Shown: positions 53,313 through 64,000, counted from the first letter of the stretch. The stretch is DNA of 64,000 nucleotides from an uncultured Gemmatimonadaceae bacterium (GCA_963829055.1 CAWHHI010000016.1:1152001-1216000); one strand, 5' to 3'. Program-made: numbers and translations. The notes: generated from the sequence alone by a model not told the origin.

Positions 53313-54731
53313 ATGCGTGACCAGCGCGCCGAAGTCTCGTTGAACATTGCACCCGATGAGCGCTACGAATCCGCGGAGCTCGAGCCGCGGGCGTTCCGCA
53401 TTCTCATCGTCGGCGACTTCAGCGCCCGCGGCGACGACGCCGCGACGGCCAACGACACACCGCGCCGCGTGGACCGCGACGATCTCGACGCGCATCTCGC
53501 GCGCATTGCACCGCGACTTCGCGTGACGTGGACGGGCAGCCACTCGACCTCGCGTTCACGTCGATGGAGGATTTCCTCCCCGATCGACTCGTGCAGCGCG
53601 TGTCGATGCTCTCGCGCAATGCCGAGAGCGCGGACGTCGATGCTCCAGTCGTGCGGCGGGCGGCGGATGTCGCGCAACGGCCGGTCGACCTCGGCCGAGC
53701 CGTGTCGGGCGGATCGCTGCTCGACGACATGCTCGACGATGTCCCCGGAGCACCTCGGCGAGCCGATGAGCTGTCGGCGTTCGTGGAGCGCGCGGTTGCG
53801 CCACATCTCGTGCGGCCGCCTGATTCCGAGACGGCCGCTCGCGATGCCGCAAAAGACCAGGCGACGACGCGCCTGCTTCGCGCCGCGCTCCATCACCCGC
53901 GCGTCCAGGCGCTCGAGGCCTCGTGGCAATCCCTCGACTTTCTCGTGAGACGCCTCGACACCGACGGCGACCTCGCGCTCTTTCTGCTCGACGCGCCACG
54001 CGCCGGCGTCGCCGCGGCGCTCGAACGACTCGCGCAGCATCGCGACGTGGCAGGCGGTGAGGAGTGGGCGCTGGTGGTGTCGCTGCACAGCGTCGCCGAT
54101 GGAGACGAAGGGGCCGAGTGGCTCGCGCGCGTCGCGATGGCGGCGCGCGCGCTCGAGGCGCCGATCATTGCCGGTGCGCCCGCGAGCTTCGCGGGGCGCA
54201 CCTCGGCGACCGCGCTCGACGATGACAGCGCGCCGAGCGCGGAACCGGAAGTGTTCACACTCATCCGTCGTTCGCTCGAAGCACGGTTCCTCGGCCTAAC
54301 GTTTCCGCGACGTGCTGCTGCGCGTGCCGTACGGCGGCGAGAATCCGTGCGAGACGATCGCGTTCGAGGAGATCGAGGATCCGGAGCGACACGACGACTA
54401 CCTGTGGGGGAGCGGCGCTGTTCTCGTCGCGCTGCTGGTCGGTGAGGCGTTCAACGCGCGCGGCTGGGCGATCGGCCCGCGGATGCCGCTCGACGTCGGG
54501 TCGCTCCCGCTGTTCACGTATCGCCGCGGACCCGAGACCGTGGCCACGCCGTGTGCGGAGACGCTCATGTCCGAGCGCGTCGCGCGGCATCTGTTGTCTC
54601 GCGGGCTCATGCCGCTCGCGTGGATCAAGAACACCGATCGGGTGCGGCTCGTCGAGCTGCGATCCGTCGCCGAGCCAACGGCGCCGCTCGCGGCCGCATG
54701 GGCGGGCACATCGTCGAGGAGCAACGCATGA
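53313..54731 (+). CDS. TssB-TssC fusion-like sheath-domain protein, frameshifted
   Basis: TssB-like FRILIVGDFS..VDRDDLD..FTSMEDFLPD, then TssC-like LHHPRVQALEASWQSLDFLV, PR.LLRVPYG, FEE, YLWG; slips at about 53530 and 54310. Confidence 0.75.
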
Positions 54732-56263
54732 GCGCAGGCGTGATCAAGCTCGCCTTCGTCCGAGGCGCCGGTGCCGACGCCGAGTCCGCTCCGCCTCGAG
54801 CCCGCGTCGGCGTTCGAGACCGATCCGTCGCTTCCTGCGTGACGCCGCGTTCGAGGAGCACGAGCTCTGTCGTCGACTGGAGGTCGAATCGCTGAACCGA
54901 TTCCGCGCGCTCCGCCATGGCCGGCCGGCGACACCGCTCGGCGACGCGACTGACGCGCTCATCCGGCTTGTTCCTGGACAACGAGCCGATGTCATGGTCC
55001 GACGCGCGGCACATGGATTCCCGCGGCGCCGCTCGATGCCATGCACTCGTTAGGCCTGCTGCGTGACCATCGGTCCGATCCGAGCCAGCGTGGTCATCGA
55101 ATGTCCTGCTCTACCCGACGGAGTCGCTGTTCATGGCGTCCGATGTCGCCGCGCTGCCCGAGGGTGGCGAGGCAGAGTGGTGGGATCTCGTCTACGCGGC
55201 GATCACGTCCAACACCCGAACGTTCATGTCGACGATCCCGCGGTCGCGCTGCGCGGCGTTTCTCGAGCTCTGCGCGGGGACAGGCGTGGCTGCGCTGGCG
55301 GCCGGCGCGACGTTCGCCGATCGGGCGTGGGCGATCGATGTCACCAGATCGGTCGACCGAGTTCGCGCGGTTCAACGCGCGGCTCAACGCGCTCGATACC
55401 GTGACCGCGATGTGCGGGGATCTGTATGCGCCGGTCGCCGGCATGACGTTCGACCGGATCGTCGCGCACCCACCGTACGTCCCGTCCCGCCAGACGACGC
55501 TCGTGTACCGGGATGGCGGCACGGATGGTGAGGACGTGACGCGCCGGATCATCGCCGGCTTGCCCGACCACCTCCGCCCGGGCGGCTCGTTCTACTGTAC
55601 GTGCACGGCGACCGACCGCACCGACGCGCCGCTCGAACACCGGCTGCGCACGATGCTCGGGCGAGCGTGGCGACGAGTTCGACATCGCTGTGGTCGTCAC
55701 CAACGACTTCAATCCGACGCAGTATTACGTCGGCCGGGCGGTCGCTGGTCGCGACACCTGGCAGGAAGCGGAAGCCTGGCACAAGCACTTCGCGGCGCTC
55801 GACGTGACGAAGATGGTGTACGCCACCGTCGCGATCGTGCGTCACGAGCACGCGCACGAGCCGTACACCGTGCGCCGGCGGGCGGGATCACGGACGTGCG
55901 GGACGGAAGTCGCCGCTCTGCTCTCTGCCGCCGAGATCGTCCGCGACTGCCGGGCGCGCTCGAGCGGCTGCTCGACAGTCGGCCGGTGCTGCCGACGCAC
56001 GTCGCCCTCGAGTCGACGCACGTCCGCGAGGGCAGCGGGTGGGCTGTGCGGACGGCCATGGTCTCGAGCACGGTACCGTTCGACGTTCGTCTTCCGTGTC
56101 CGCCGGAGATGATCACGTTCTCGCGCGGATGGACGGCACGCGAACGGTCCGCGAGCTGTATGCGGATCTCTCGGCCGCCGACTCGCTCGCCGAGGGTGCA
56201 TCGATCGACCGACTCGCGTCGTACATCCACATGCTGGCGTCGCACGGTTTCGTGGAGTTGTAA
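54728..56263 (+). CDS. SAM-dependent methyltransferase (PrmC/HemK-like motif) with C-terminal winged-helix/PqqD-like segment, multiply frameshifted
   Basis: LELCAGTG, AIDV, GDLYAPV..FDRIVAHPPYVP, RDGGTDGED, HLRPGG; C-terminal MDGTRTVRELY...LASHGFVEL. Confidence 0.7.
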
Positions 56264-56297
56264 CGTCCGCCCGCACAAGCAAAGCGGGTTTCCTTTC

Positions 56298-56326
56298 TTG
56301 ACACCGCGATCCGCCGCAGATACTCT
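56298..56326 (+). promoter_or_regulatory. Putative sigma70 promoter of the tssB operon
   Basis: TTGACA-17 bp-TACTCT, about 130 bp upstream of tssB. Confidence 0.55.
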
Positions 56327-56458
56327 CGCACGCGTCGAATCGAACGCCCACGCCCGACCCCGTGCGCAGTCCCAGGCACCGGGCTTCCCATCGCCATCCG
56401 CGCCGCAACGCGGTGGCCACGACAGCCCTCACGGCACTGCCGAGAGCGAGGAGCCAGC

Positions 56459-56977
56459 ATGGCACGAGAGAGTACACAGAAGAAACTGGAGCGTGTGCGT
56501 CCGCCACGCGTCCAGATCAGCTACGATGTCGAGACCGGCGGCGCGATCGAGATGAAGGAGCTCCCGTTCGTGATGGGTGTGCTCGGGGATTTCTCCGGTC
56601 AGCCAGTCGAGCCACTCGCCAAGCTGAAGGAGCGTCAATTCGTCGAGGTCACCCCCGACAACTTCGACGACGTGCTCGCGAGCATGAAGCCTCACCTGCA
56701 GTTCTCGGTGGAGAACAAGCTCAGCGAAGATGCGAATGCCGGAAAGCTCGGCGTCGATCTGAACTTCCGATCGCTGGACGATTTCTCGCCGGAAGCCGTC
56801 GCGCGTCAGGTGAAGCCGCTCAAGGAGCTGCTCGACCTGCGCACGAAGCTCGCCGATCTGCGCGGCACGCTGCAGGGCAACGACAAGCTCGAGGAGATCC
56901 TGCAGGCCACGTTAGGCGATGAGGCCAAGATGAAGCGCCTGAAGGACGAGATGGGCGGGCAAGGAGGCGCGTCATGA
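56459..56977 (+). CDS. tssB: T6SS sheath small subunit TssB (VipA)
   Basis: RVRPPRVQISYDVE, ELPFVMGVLGDFSG, FRSLDDFSPE. Confidence 0.97.
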   Translation: MARESTQKKLERVRPPRVQISYDVETGGAIEMKELPFVMGVLGDFSGQPVEPLAKLKERQFVEVTPDNFDDVLASMKPHLQFSVENKLSEDANAGKLGVDLNFRSLDDFSPEAVARQVKPLKELLDLRTKLADLRGTLQGNDKLEEILQATLGDEAKMKRLKDEMGGQGGAS

Positions 56978-58462
56978 CCAATCCGCAGACGTCCGCGGCG
57001 TCGACGCCGCTCGAGGCGACCACCGAAGTGTCGCTGCTCGACCAGATCATCGAAGACGGTCGCGTCGGTGGACGCGACGCCGCGGCGAAGGAACGCGGCA
57101 AGGACATGGTCAAGAACTTCGTGTCCGAGGTGCTGGCCGGTTCGATGACGATGTCGCGCGATACGGAAGCGATGATCAACGCGCGTATCGCACAGATCGA
57201 CCATCTGATCTCGCTGCAGTTGAACGAGGTGATGCACGCGCCCGAGTTCCAGAAGCTCGAGGCGTCGTGGCGCGGATTGCGCTATCTCCTCAACAACTCG
57301 GAGACGGGCACGACGCTCAAGATCAAGGTGCTCAACGTCTCGAAGAAGGATCTGCTGCGTGACCTGCAGCGCGCGCCCGAATTCGATCAGAGCGCGCTGT
57401 TCAAGAAGGTGTACGAGGAGGAGTACGGCGTCTTCGGCGGCGCTCCGTTCGGGGCGTTGCTCGGCGACTACGAGTTCGGCAAGTCCGGTCAGGACATCGA
57501 GCTGCTCGAGAAGATCTCGAACGTTGCCGCCGCCGCGCACGCGCCGTTTCTCACCGCGGCGTCGTCCGACATGCTCAACCTCGAGAGCTACGCGCAGATC
57601 GACGCGCCGCGCGACATGGGCAAGGTGTTCGACACGACCGAGTACGCGAAGTGGAAGGCGTTCCGCGCGTCGGAGGATTCGCGCTACGTCGCGTTGACGC
57701 TGCCGCGCATCCTGATGCGCGAGCCGTACGGCAAGGACACCGTCCCCGTAGAGGCGTTCGACTACGAGGAGCACGTCGACGGTACGGACCACAACAAGTA
57801 CCTGTGGGGCAATGCCGCCTGGGCACTCGGCGCGCGCGTGACGAACGCGTTCGCGATCGTACGGCTGGTGCGCGACGATCCGCGGTGTGGAGTCCGGCGG
57901 ACTGGTGGATGGACTGCCGGTCCACAACTTCCGCACGGAGTCGGGCGACATCGCCATGAAGTGCCCGACCGAGGCACCGATCACCGACCGTCGCGAGAAG
58001 GAGCTCGCGGATCTCGGCTTCGTACCGCTCGTGCACCAGAAGAACACGCCGAACGCGTGCTTCTTCAGCGTGCAGTCCGCGCAGAAGGCGAAGGTCTACA
58101 ACACGGATGCGGCGACGGCCAACGCGAGGATTTCGGCTCAGCTTCCGTATATCTTCGCGACGTCGCGATTCGCGCATTATCTGAAGTCGATCATGCGCGA
58201 CAAGATCGGCGGGTACATGTCGCGTACCGAGGCGCAGTCGTTCCTGAACACGTGGATCTCCAAGTACGTGATCAGCAACGACGACGCGCCGTTCGCCATG
58301 AAGGCACAGCGTCCGCTCAAGGAAGCTCGCATCGACGTCATGGAGATCCCAGGCAAGCCGGGTGCGTATCGCGCCGTCGCCTTCATGCGTCCGCACTTCC
58401 AGCTCGACGAGTTGAGCATGTCCATGCGTCTCGTGGCGGAGCTGCCGCCCCCGGCGAAGTAA
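56974..58462 (+). CDS. tssC: T6SS sheath large subunit TssC (VipB), one frameshift
   Basis: FQKLEASWRGL, EEEYGVFGGAPFG, YLWGNAA, KCPTE, LPYIFATSRFAHYLK, RPHFQL; slip at about 57857. Confidence 0.97.
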
Positions 58463-58523
58463 GCTCGCACCGTAGTCTCGTTCCCGTCGGTCAACTGTTT
58501 GCCCTCACAACGGAGCACGTCCT

Positions 58524-59021
58524 ATGTCGTTGGAAGCTTTCCTCAAGATCGAAGGGATTCCCGGTGAGTCCCGTAAGGATGGACACGCAGACGAGATCGA
58601 CATTCTCAGCTTCAGCTTCGGTGCGTCGAACCCGACGACGGTTGCCAAGGGTACCGGCGCGGGCGCGAGCCAGGTGAACATCTCGTCGTTCAACATCATG
58701 AAGATGACGGACCTCTCGAGCACCGCGTTCTTCCTGCGCTGCGCGAAGGGCGAGCACATCCCGGAAGCGCTCGTCACGCTTCGGAAGTCGGGCGGCACGA
58801 CCCCGCTCGAGTACCTCACGTACAAGTTCACGAAGGTGTACGTGGACAGCATTCAGTGGTCCGGCTCGGGCGGCGGCGATGACACGCCGACGGAGTCGCT
58901 GTCGCTCGCCTTCGAGAAGGTCGAGATCGTGTACAGCTCGCAGAACGATGACGGCACCGCGAAGAAGACGGTCGGCTCGGGATGGGATATCCCGACGGGC
59001 ACGCCGAGCGGTGTGAAGTAA
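58524..59021 (+). CDS. hcp: T6SS tube protein Hcp (TssD)
   Basis: FLKIEGIPGES..H.DEIDILSFSFG, G.HIPEA, ESLSLAFEKVEIVY, GWD. Confidence 0.95.
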   Translation: MSLEAFLKIEGIPGESRKDGHADEIDILSFSFGASNPTTVAKGTGAGASQVNISSFNIMKMTDLSSTAFFLRCAKGEHIPEALVTLRKSGGTTPLEYLTYKFTKVYVDSIQWSGSGGGDDTPTESLSLAFEKVEIVYSSQNDDGTAKKTVGSGWDIPTGTPSGVK

Positions 59022-59053
59022 GTGCCGGTGAACGTGACACAACCGATGCGCCG

Positions 59054-59773
59054 ATGACCGCCCAGACGCTGTTCAAGGCTGGGCGGCTCGACGACGCCAT
59101 CGGGGCGCTGAGCACGGAGCTTCGGGACAACCCGACCGATGCTCAGCGCCGCACGTTCCTGTTCGAGCTCCTGTGCTTCGCGGGCAATTTCGATCGCGCC
59201 GCGAAGCAGCTGGATATTCTCGCGCAGGGCGGCAAGGAAGCGGCAATGGGCACGCTCCTCTACCAGAGCGCCCTGCACGCCGAGCGCACGCGTCAGTCGA
59301 TGTTCGCTGAGGATCGTCTGCCGTTGTTCAGCGAGGCGCCGCAAGCGGTCAGCGGCACGCTGAACGGGAAGCCGTTCACGTCCATCGAGGACGGCGATCC
59401 GCGCGTCGGGCCCCGCGTCGAGCTGTTCGCGGCGGGACAGTACACGCTGATTCCGTTCGCGCACATCGAGTCCATCCGGATGCAGCCGCCGAAGCGGCTT
59501 CGCGACCTGCTCTGGGCCCCTGTGATCGTCAGGACCGCACCTTCGTTCAAGGGTGTGGAGTTGGGAGAAGTGATGATGCCAGTCATGACGCCCGCCAGTT
59601 GGCAGGACGAGGACGACGCCATCCGCCTCGGCCGCTCGACGGCGTGGATTGCCCTCGAGGATGGGCGCGAGGCTCCCATCGGTCAGCGCGTGCTGCGTAT
59701 CGACGACGAAGAAGTCCCGTTGCTCGAGCTGCGTGACCTCGTGATGACGTCGGCGACTGGTGGGACTTCGTGA
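59054..59773 (+). CDS. tagJ: T6SS accessory TagJ (ImpE/SciE)
   Basis: RTFLFELLCFAGNFDRAAKQL, IEDGDPRVGP, RDLLW, LGRSTAW, GQR. Confidence 0.9.
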   Translation: MTAQTLFKAGRLDDAIGALSTELRDNPTDAQRRTFLFELLCFAGNFDRAAKQLDILAQGGKEAAMGTLLYQSALHAERTRQSMFAEDRLPLFSEAPQAVSGTLNGKPFTSIEDGDPRVGPRVELFAAGQYTLIPFAHIESIRMQPPKRLRDLLWAPVIVRTAPSFKGVELGEVMMPVMTPASWQDEDDAIRLGRSTAWIALEDGREAPIGQRVLRIDDEEVPLLELRDLVMTSATGGTS

Positions 59774-59779
59774 GCCTGC

Positions 59780-61579
59780 ATGCCACTGCGCGATGACCTG
59801 CTGACGCCGATCCCGGGCGCGAACCCGGGCGGCACCGATCTGCGGTACGAGCTATACGACATCGTGAGGGAGGCGCGGCGCGAGGAGATCGACGCGCCGA
59901 CGGGCGGCTGGGATCGCCCGCGCAAGACGGCCGATTGGATGGTCGTCGCGAAGGAAACGAGCGCCGCCCTCGCCACGAAGTCGAAGGATCTGCAGCTCGC
60001 GGTGTGGCTCGCCGAGGCGAGCTACCATCGCGAATCCTTCGGCGGGTTCGCCGCGGCTGTGCGCTTCACCGCACAGATGCTCGAGCAGTTCTGGGATCAT
60101 CTCTACCCGGAGCTCGAAGACGGCGACGTCGAGGCACGGGTTGCCCCACTGGCGTGGCTCGGGGGTGACAAGCAGCCGCTCGTGCAGGCGATTCGGCTCG
60201 CGCCCATTACGCTGAGCGGCCTCACCATCTTCAAGTTTCGCGACTCGCAGGACGTCGGCTTCGAGTCGCCGTCGGACGACTACGACAAGAAGCAGGCGCG
60301 AAAGAAGAAGATGGACTCCGGCAAGATGTCCGGAGAGGAATTCGATCAGGCGTTCAGCGCGACGCCGAAGGCCTGGTACAAGCAGCTCGCCGCGGACCTC
60401 GCCGCCGTGCTCGACGCGATCAGCGTGCTCGATCGCGTCGGCAACGACAAGTTCGGGCGCGACGCACCCGGATACTCGCAGCTGCGGAAGCCGATCGAGG
60501 AAGTGCAAGGCATTGTCCGCGAGCTGCTGGCGAAGAAGCTGGAACTGGAGCCGGACCCGATCGAGGTCGCGCCCGTCGTCGAGGAGGCGCCGGAAGCGTT
60601 AGGCAGCGAGAGTGCCGCCGCGGCGGCATCCGGAACCGGCGTGCTGAGCGTCGAGCCGACCAGCCGCGATGATGCGAACCAGCGAGTGATCGTCGTGGCG
60701 CGTTGGCTTCGGCGCGCCGAGCCGACGGGCCCGACGTCGTACATGATGCTGCGCGCGCTCCGATGGGGAGAGCTGCGTGCGCAAGCGCCCGAGCCGGACC
60801 CACGTCTCCTGGCGGCGCCGCAGCCGGCGTCGCGCATGCAGCTGCGCACGCTCATGCTCGACGCGAAATGGGCTGATCTGCTCGAAGCAGCGGAAACGGT
60901 GATGGCGACGCCGGCCGGTCGCGGGTGGCTGGACCTGCAGCGCTACACCTTGCGCGCGACGGACGAGCTGGGCGCCTCATACGGGCAGGTCGGCTCGGCG
61001 ATTCGGAGCGAGCTGCGGTCCCTGCTGCGCGAGATCCCGTCACTCGTCGACCAAACGCTGATGGACGGCCTCCCGACGGCCTCGCCCGAGACTCGCAACT
61101 GGTTGCGCGCGGAGTTCGCGGGCGCCGACGCCGACGAGGTGTCGATCTCGGCAGAGGCCGAGGCCAGCAGCGGTCCGGTGGTCGCCGCCGGTGGCGACGC
61201 GCGCGATCGCAGCTACGAGCGCGCGTTAGGCGAGGTGCGCGCCGGCCGGCCGGAGAAAGCGATCGAGATGCTGCTCCGCGACCTCGATCGTGAGAAGAGC
61301 GCGCGCGGCCGGTTCCTTCGTCAGACCCAGCTCACGCGCATCATGGTCGAAGCGGGCTTCGACGCGATCGCCCGCCCGATCCTCGATGAGATGTTGCAGC
61401 GTGTCGAGACGCATCGGCTCGAGGAGTGGGAAGCCGGAGCGCTCCTCGCGCAGCCGCTGGCAGCACTGTACCGATGTCTCGAGAAGAGCGGCGAGGACGC
61501 TGCTCGTCAGAAGCAGCTGTACCTCCGGATCTGCCGCCTCGACCCGGTGCAGGCAATGGGCTTCGGCCCGCGGAGCTGA
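59780..61579 (+). CDS. tssA: T6SS TssA (ImpA N-domain)
   Basis: LLTPIPGANPGGTDLRY, SKDLQLAVWL, FWDHLYP, WLDLQRY, LEEWE, ICRLDP. Confidence 0.92.
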   Translation: MPLRDDLLTPIPGANPGGTDLRYELYDIVREARREEIDAPTGGWDRPRKTADWMVVAKETSAALATKSKDLQLAVWLAEASYHRESFGGFAAAVRFTAQMLEQFWDHLYPELEDGDVEARVAPLAWLGGDKQPLVQAIRLAPITLSGLTIFKFRDSQDVGFESPSDDYDKKQARKKKMDSGKMSGEEFDQAFSATPKAWYKQLAADLAAVLDAISVLDRVGNDKFGRDAPGYSQLRKPIEEVQGIVRELLAKKLELEPDPIEVAPVVEEAPEALGSESAAAAASGTGVLSVEPTSRDDANQRVIVVARWLRRAEPTGPTSYMMLRALRWGELRAQAPEPDPRLLAAPQPASRMQLRTLMLDAKWADLLEAAETVMATPAGRGWLDLQRYTLRATDELGASYGQVGSAIRSELRSLLREIPSLVDQTLMDGLPTASPETRNWLRAEFAGADADEVSISAEAEASSGPVVAAGGDARDRSYERALGEVRAGRPEKAIEMLLRDLDREKSARGRFLRQTQLTRIMVEAGFDAIARPILDEMLQRVETHRLEEWEAGALLAQPLAALYRCLEKSGEDAARQKQLYLRICRLDPVQAMGFGPRS

Positions 61580-61582
61580 GTC

Positions 61583-62080
61583 ATGGCGAACTCCGAGATC
61601 GAGCGCCCGGTCCGACCGTCGGTGCTCGATCGGCTCATCGACGATGATCACCGCAGCAATGTGGAGCCGGCGCTCACGCGATCGCAGTCGGTGCGCCAGT
61701 TCAAGACCGCGCTCCGACGTGATCTCGAGTGGCTGCTGAACGCGCGTCGCACGATTACCCCGGTGCCCGAGGATTCCGAGCAGCTCGCAAGATCCGTGTT
61801 CACGTTCGGCCTGCCGGACATCACGTCCATGAGCAAGGACTCGCGCGAGTCGTTCGAGAAGCTGGCGCGGATGATCCAGTCGGCGATCGACGTATTCGAG
61901 CCACGCCTCACGGACGTGACCGTGCAGCTCCGCGAGGGGAATTCGAAGCTGTTGCGCGACGTGCACTTCGTGATCGATGGCATCCTCAAGCTCGATCCCA
62001 TGCCCGAACGCGTGATGTTCGACACGCGCCAGGACGAACGCGGCGCCATGAAGGTGCAGGAGGGTGCCGGTGGCGAATGA
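61583..62080 (+). CDS. tssE: T6SS baseplate TssE (gp25-like)
   Basis: PSVLDRLID, RRDLEWLLNAR, FGLPD, FEPRL. Confidence 0.93.
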   Translation: MANSEIERPVRPSVLDRLIDDDHRSNVEPALTRSQSVRQFKTALRRDLEWLLNARRTITPVPEDSEQLARSVFTFGLPDITSMSKDSRESFEKLARMIQSAIDVFEPRLTDVTVQLREGNSKLLRDVHFVIDGILKLDPMPERVMFDTRQDERGAMKVQEGAGGE

Positions 62081-63909
62081 CCAGCTGCTCCAGTACTACG
62101 AGCGTGAGCTGACGTTCCTGCGCCGCATGGGCGCCCGCTTCGCGCAGGAATATCCGAAGATCGCGTCGCGCCTCGATCTCGAGCCGAGCAAGTGTGAGGA
62201 TCCGCACGTCGAGCGGATGCTCGAGGCGTTCGCGTTTCTCGCCGCCCGCGTGCACAAGCGGATCGACGAGGATGTGCCCGAGGTCAGCGAGGCGCTGCTC
62301 GAGATCGTGTACCCGCACTACGTGCGGCCTATCCCGGCGATGTCGCTCGTCGAGTTCGAGCTGGATCGCGAGCAGGGCAAGCTCACGTCGGGGTTGCCCG
62401 TGCCTCGCAATTCGCTGCTCTACTCGCGACCCGTGGCCGGCGTGCCGTGCAAGTTCACCACGTGCTACGACACCACGCTCTGGCCCGTCCGCGTGGCGTC
62501 GCTCGAGTGGATGACACCCGATCGGCTCAAGCCGGCTGTGCGTGTCACCGATGCGGTGGCCGCGCTGCGGCTCGAGCTGCACTGCTTCGCCGATCTCGAG
62601 TTCAAGGCGCTCGACCTCTCCGCGCTCCGGCTGCACCTCGCGGGCGACAGCGGCGTGACGTTCGCGCTGTACGAGCTCCTGTGCAACAATTGCACGTCGA
62701 TCATCGTGCGCGAGCCGGGAGGCAAGAAGAGCCTAACGCTGCCGGCGTCTTCGCTGCAGCCCGTCGGGTTTGCCGAGGGCGACGGCCTGCTGCCCTACCC
62801 GCGCCGCTCGTTTCTTGGCTACCGGTTGCTGCAGGAGTACTTCACGTTCCCGGAGAAGTTTCTCTTCTTCGATCTGGCGATCTTCGACGCGGTGCGGTCT
62901 GCCGGCTTCGGCGAGAAGGCGGAAATCATCTTTCTCATTCCGCCAGTTCGAGCGCGGCGAGCGACGTGCGCTGCTCGAGACCGGGCTGTCGCCGCGCTCC
63001 ATGCGCGTCGGCTGCACGCCGGTGGTGAATCTGTTCCCGCAGGTCTCGGAACCGATTCTGTTGACGCAGCGGAAGACGGAATACGAGTGTCGTGCCCGAT
63101 GCCAGGCGACGGCGCACCACACAGGTCTTCTCGGTCGACGAGGTCGTCGGCATCACGCCCGGATCGTCCGAGCCGCTGCGCATCGAGCCGCTGTACTCGT
63201 ACCGCCACGCGCGGAACGGGCAAGGCGCCGAGCTGTTCTGGACGGCGCGACGCCGACCGGCCGAGTGGCGGCTGGACAGCGGAACGGACGTCCATCTCTC
63301 GTTCGTCGACCTGTCGGCTCGCACGGTGCATCCCGACCGCGACGCGATCACGGCACGCCTAACGTGTTTCAACGGCGACCTGCCGGGCCGGCTGCCGTTC
63401 GGCGATGAGACGGGCGACTTCGAGCTCGAGAACGGCGGGCCGGTACGACGGATCGTGGCGCTCAGCAAGCCGACCGATGTCGTGCATCCGCCACTCGGGC
63501 AGGCGCAGCTCTGGCGGCTCCTGTCGCAGCTGTCGCTCAACTATCTGCCGCTCGCCGACGGCGGTGCCGACGCGCTTCGCGAGATCCTCCGGTTACACAA
63601 CTTCTCCGGCACGACGGCGGGTGAGCGTCACATTCGAAGGCATCGTGTCGGTGGCTGGCGAGCCGACCTACGCGCGCGTCGTGACGGAGCACGGTGTCGC
63701 GTTCGCGCGCGGCCGCCGCGTGGACATGATGTTCGATGAGGAGCAGTACGCGGGCGGCGGGCGTGTATCTGTTTGCGAGCGTGCTGGAACGATTCTTCGG
63801 CATGTACGCGTCCGTGAACAGCTTCACGACGCTCGTGGCGCGATCGAACAAACGGAAGGAGATGGTTCGCGCGTGGCCACCGAGAGCGGGATGGAAGAGC
63901 CTCGTGTAA
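62070..63909 (+). CDS. tssF: T6SS baseplate TssF, frameshifted
   Basis: LLQYYERELTFLR, DPHVERMLEAFAFL, GYRLLQEYFTFPEKFLF, CTPVVNLF, LWRLLSQLSLNYL, ends WPPRAGWKSLV; slips at about 62940, 63090, 63640 and 63760. Confidence 0.95.
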
Positions 63910-64000
63910 GGCTCGGCGCCATCGAGGAAGCGCTCGAGCGAGAACCCTACTCGTTCGACTTCTTCCAGGCGGTGCAGCTGCTCCAGCAGCTGCACCCGGA
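63873..64000 (+). CDS. tssG: T6SS baseplate TssG, 5' part
   Basis: Manual translation (V/M)ATESGMEEPRVRLGAIEEALEREPYSFDFFQAVQLLQQ; FDFFQAV motif; overlaps the tssF end. Confidence 0.85.
   Translation, partial: MATESGMEEPRVRLGAIEEALEREPYSFDFFQAVQLLQQLHP

Noticed and set aside
53313..63909. T6SS inactivated by frameshifts
   Set aside because: Same indel pattern as in housekeeping genes, with no evident nonsense decay; cannot be called without reads.

Overview
High-GC (roughly 70% by eye) bacterial chromosome segment. Gene content suggests a Gemmatimonadota-like diderm (inference, not verified). Many conserved genes carry scattered 1-bp frameshifts, most likely long-read consensus errors. From left to right: (1) the end of a gas-vesicle accessory operon (gvpF/L, gvpG, tandem ArsA/GET3-like ATPase, gvpF/L); (2) a lipase and a class II ribonucleotide reductase (nrdJ); (3) cell-wall turnover and recycling genes (amidase, murQ, anmK, a degenerate NagZ-like GH3), a PP2C phosphatase, ggt, an ABC exporter, a two-component pair, ccdA and a CocE hydrolase; (4) a ~16 kb tightly coupled minus-strand run (GAF kinase, ubiquitin-like protein, MoxR/DUF58/BatA/DUF4175/DUF4159, HDAC, methyltransferase, orphan gvpF/L, Ser/Thr kinase, epimerase, priA); (5) from 44.1 kb to the edge, an atypical type VI secretion locus. 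That locus has tssM, tssL, two tssK paralogues, a Pro-rich membrane protein with FTxxF repeats, a TssB-TssC fusion, a methyltransferase, then tssB, tssC, hcp, tagJ, tssA, tssE, tssF and tssG, with no tssJ in the window. The strongest unexplained signal is a dispersed non-palindromic octamer, GCCTAACG/CGTTAGGC. I counted about 41 exact copies by eye against roughly 2-3 expected from base composition; it sits inside genes at the cost of rare codons and behaves like a DNA-uptake- or HIP-type genome signature.
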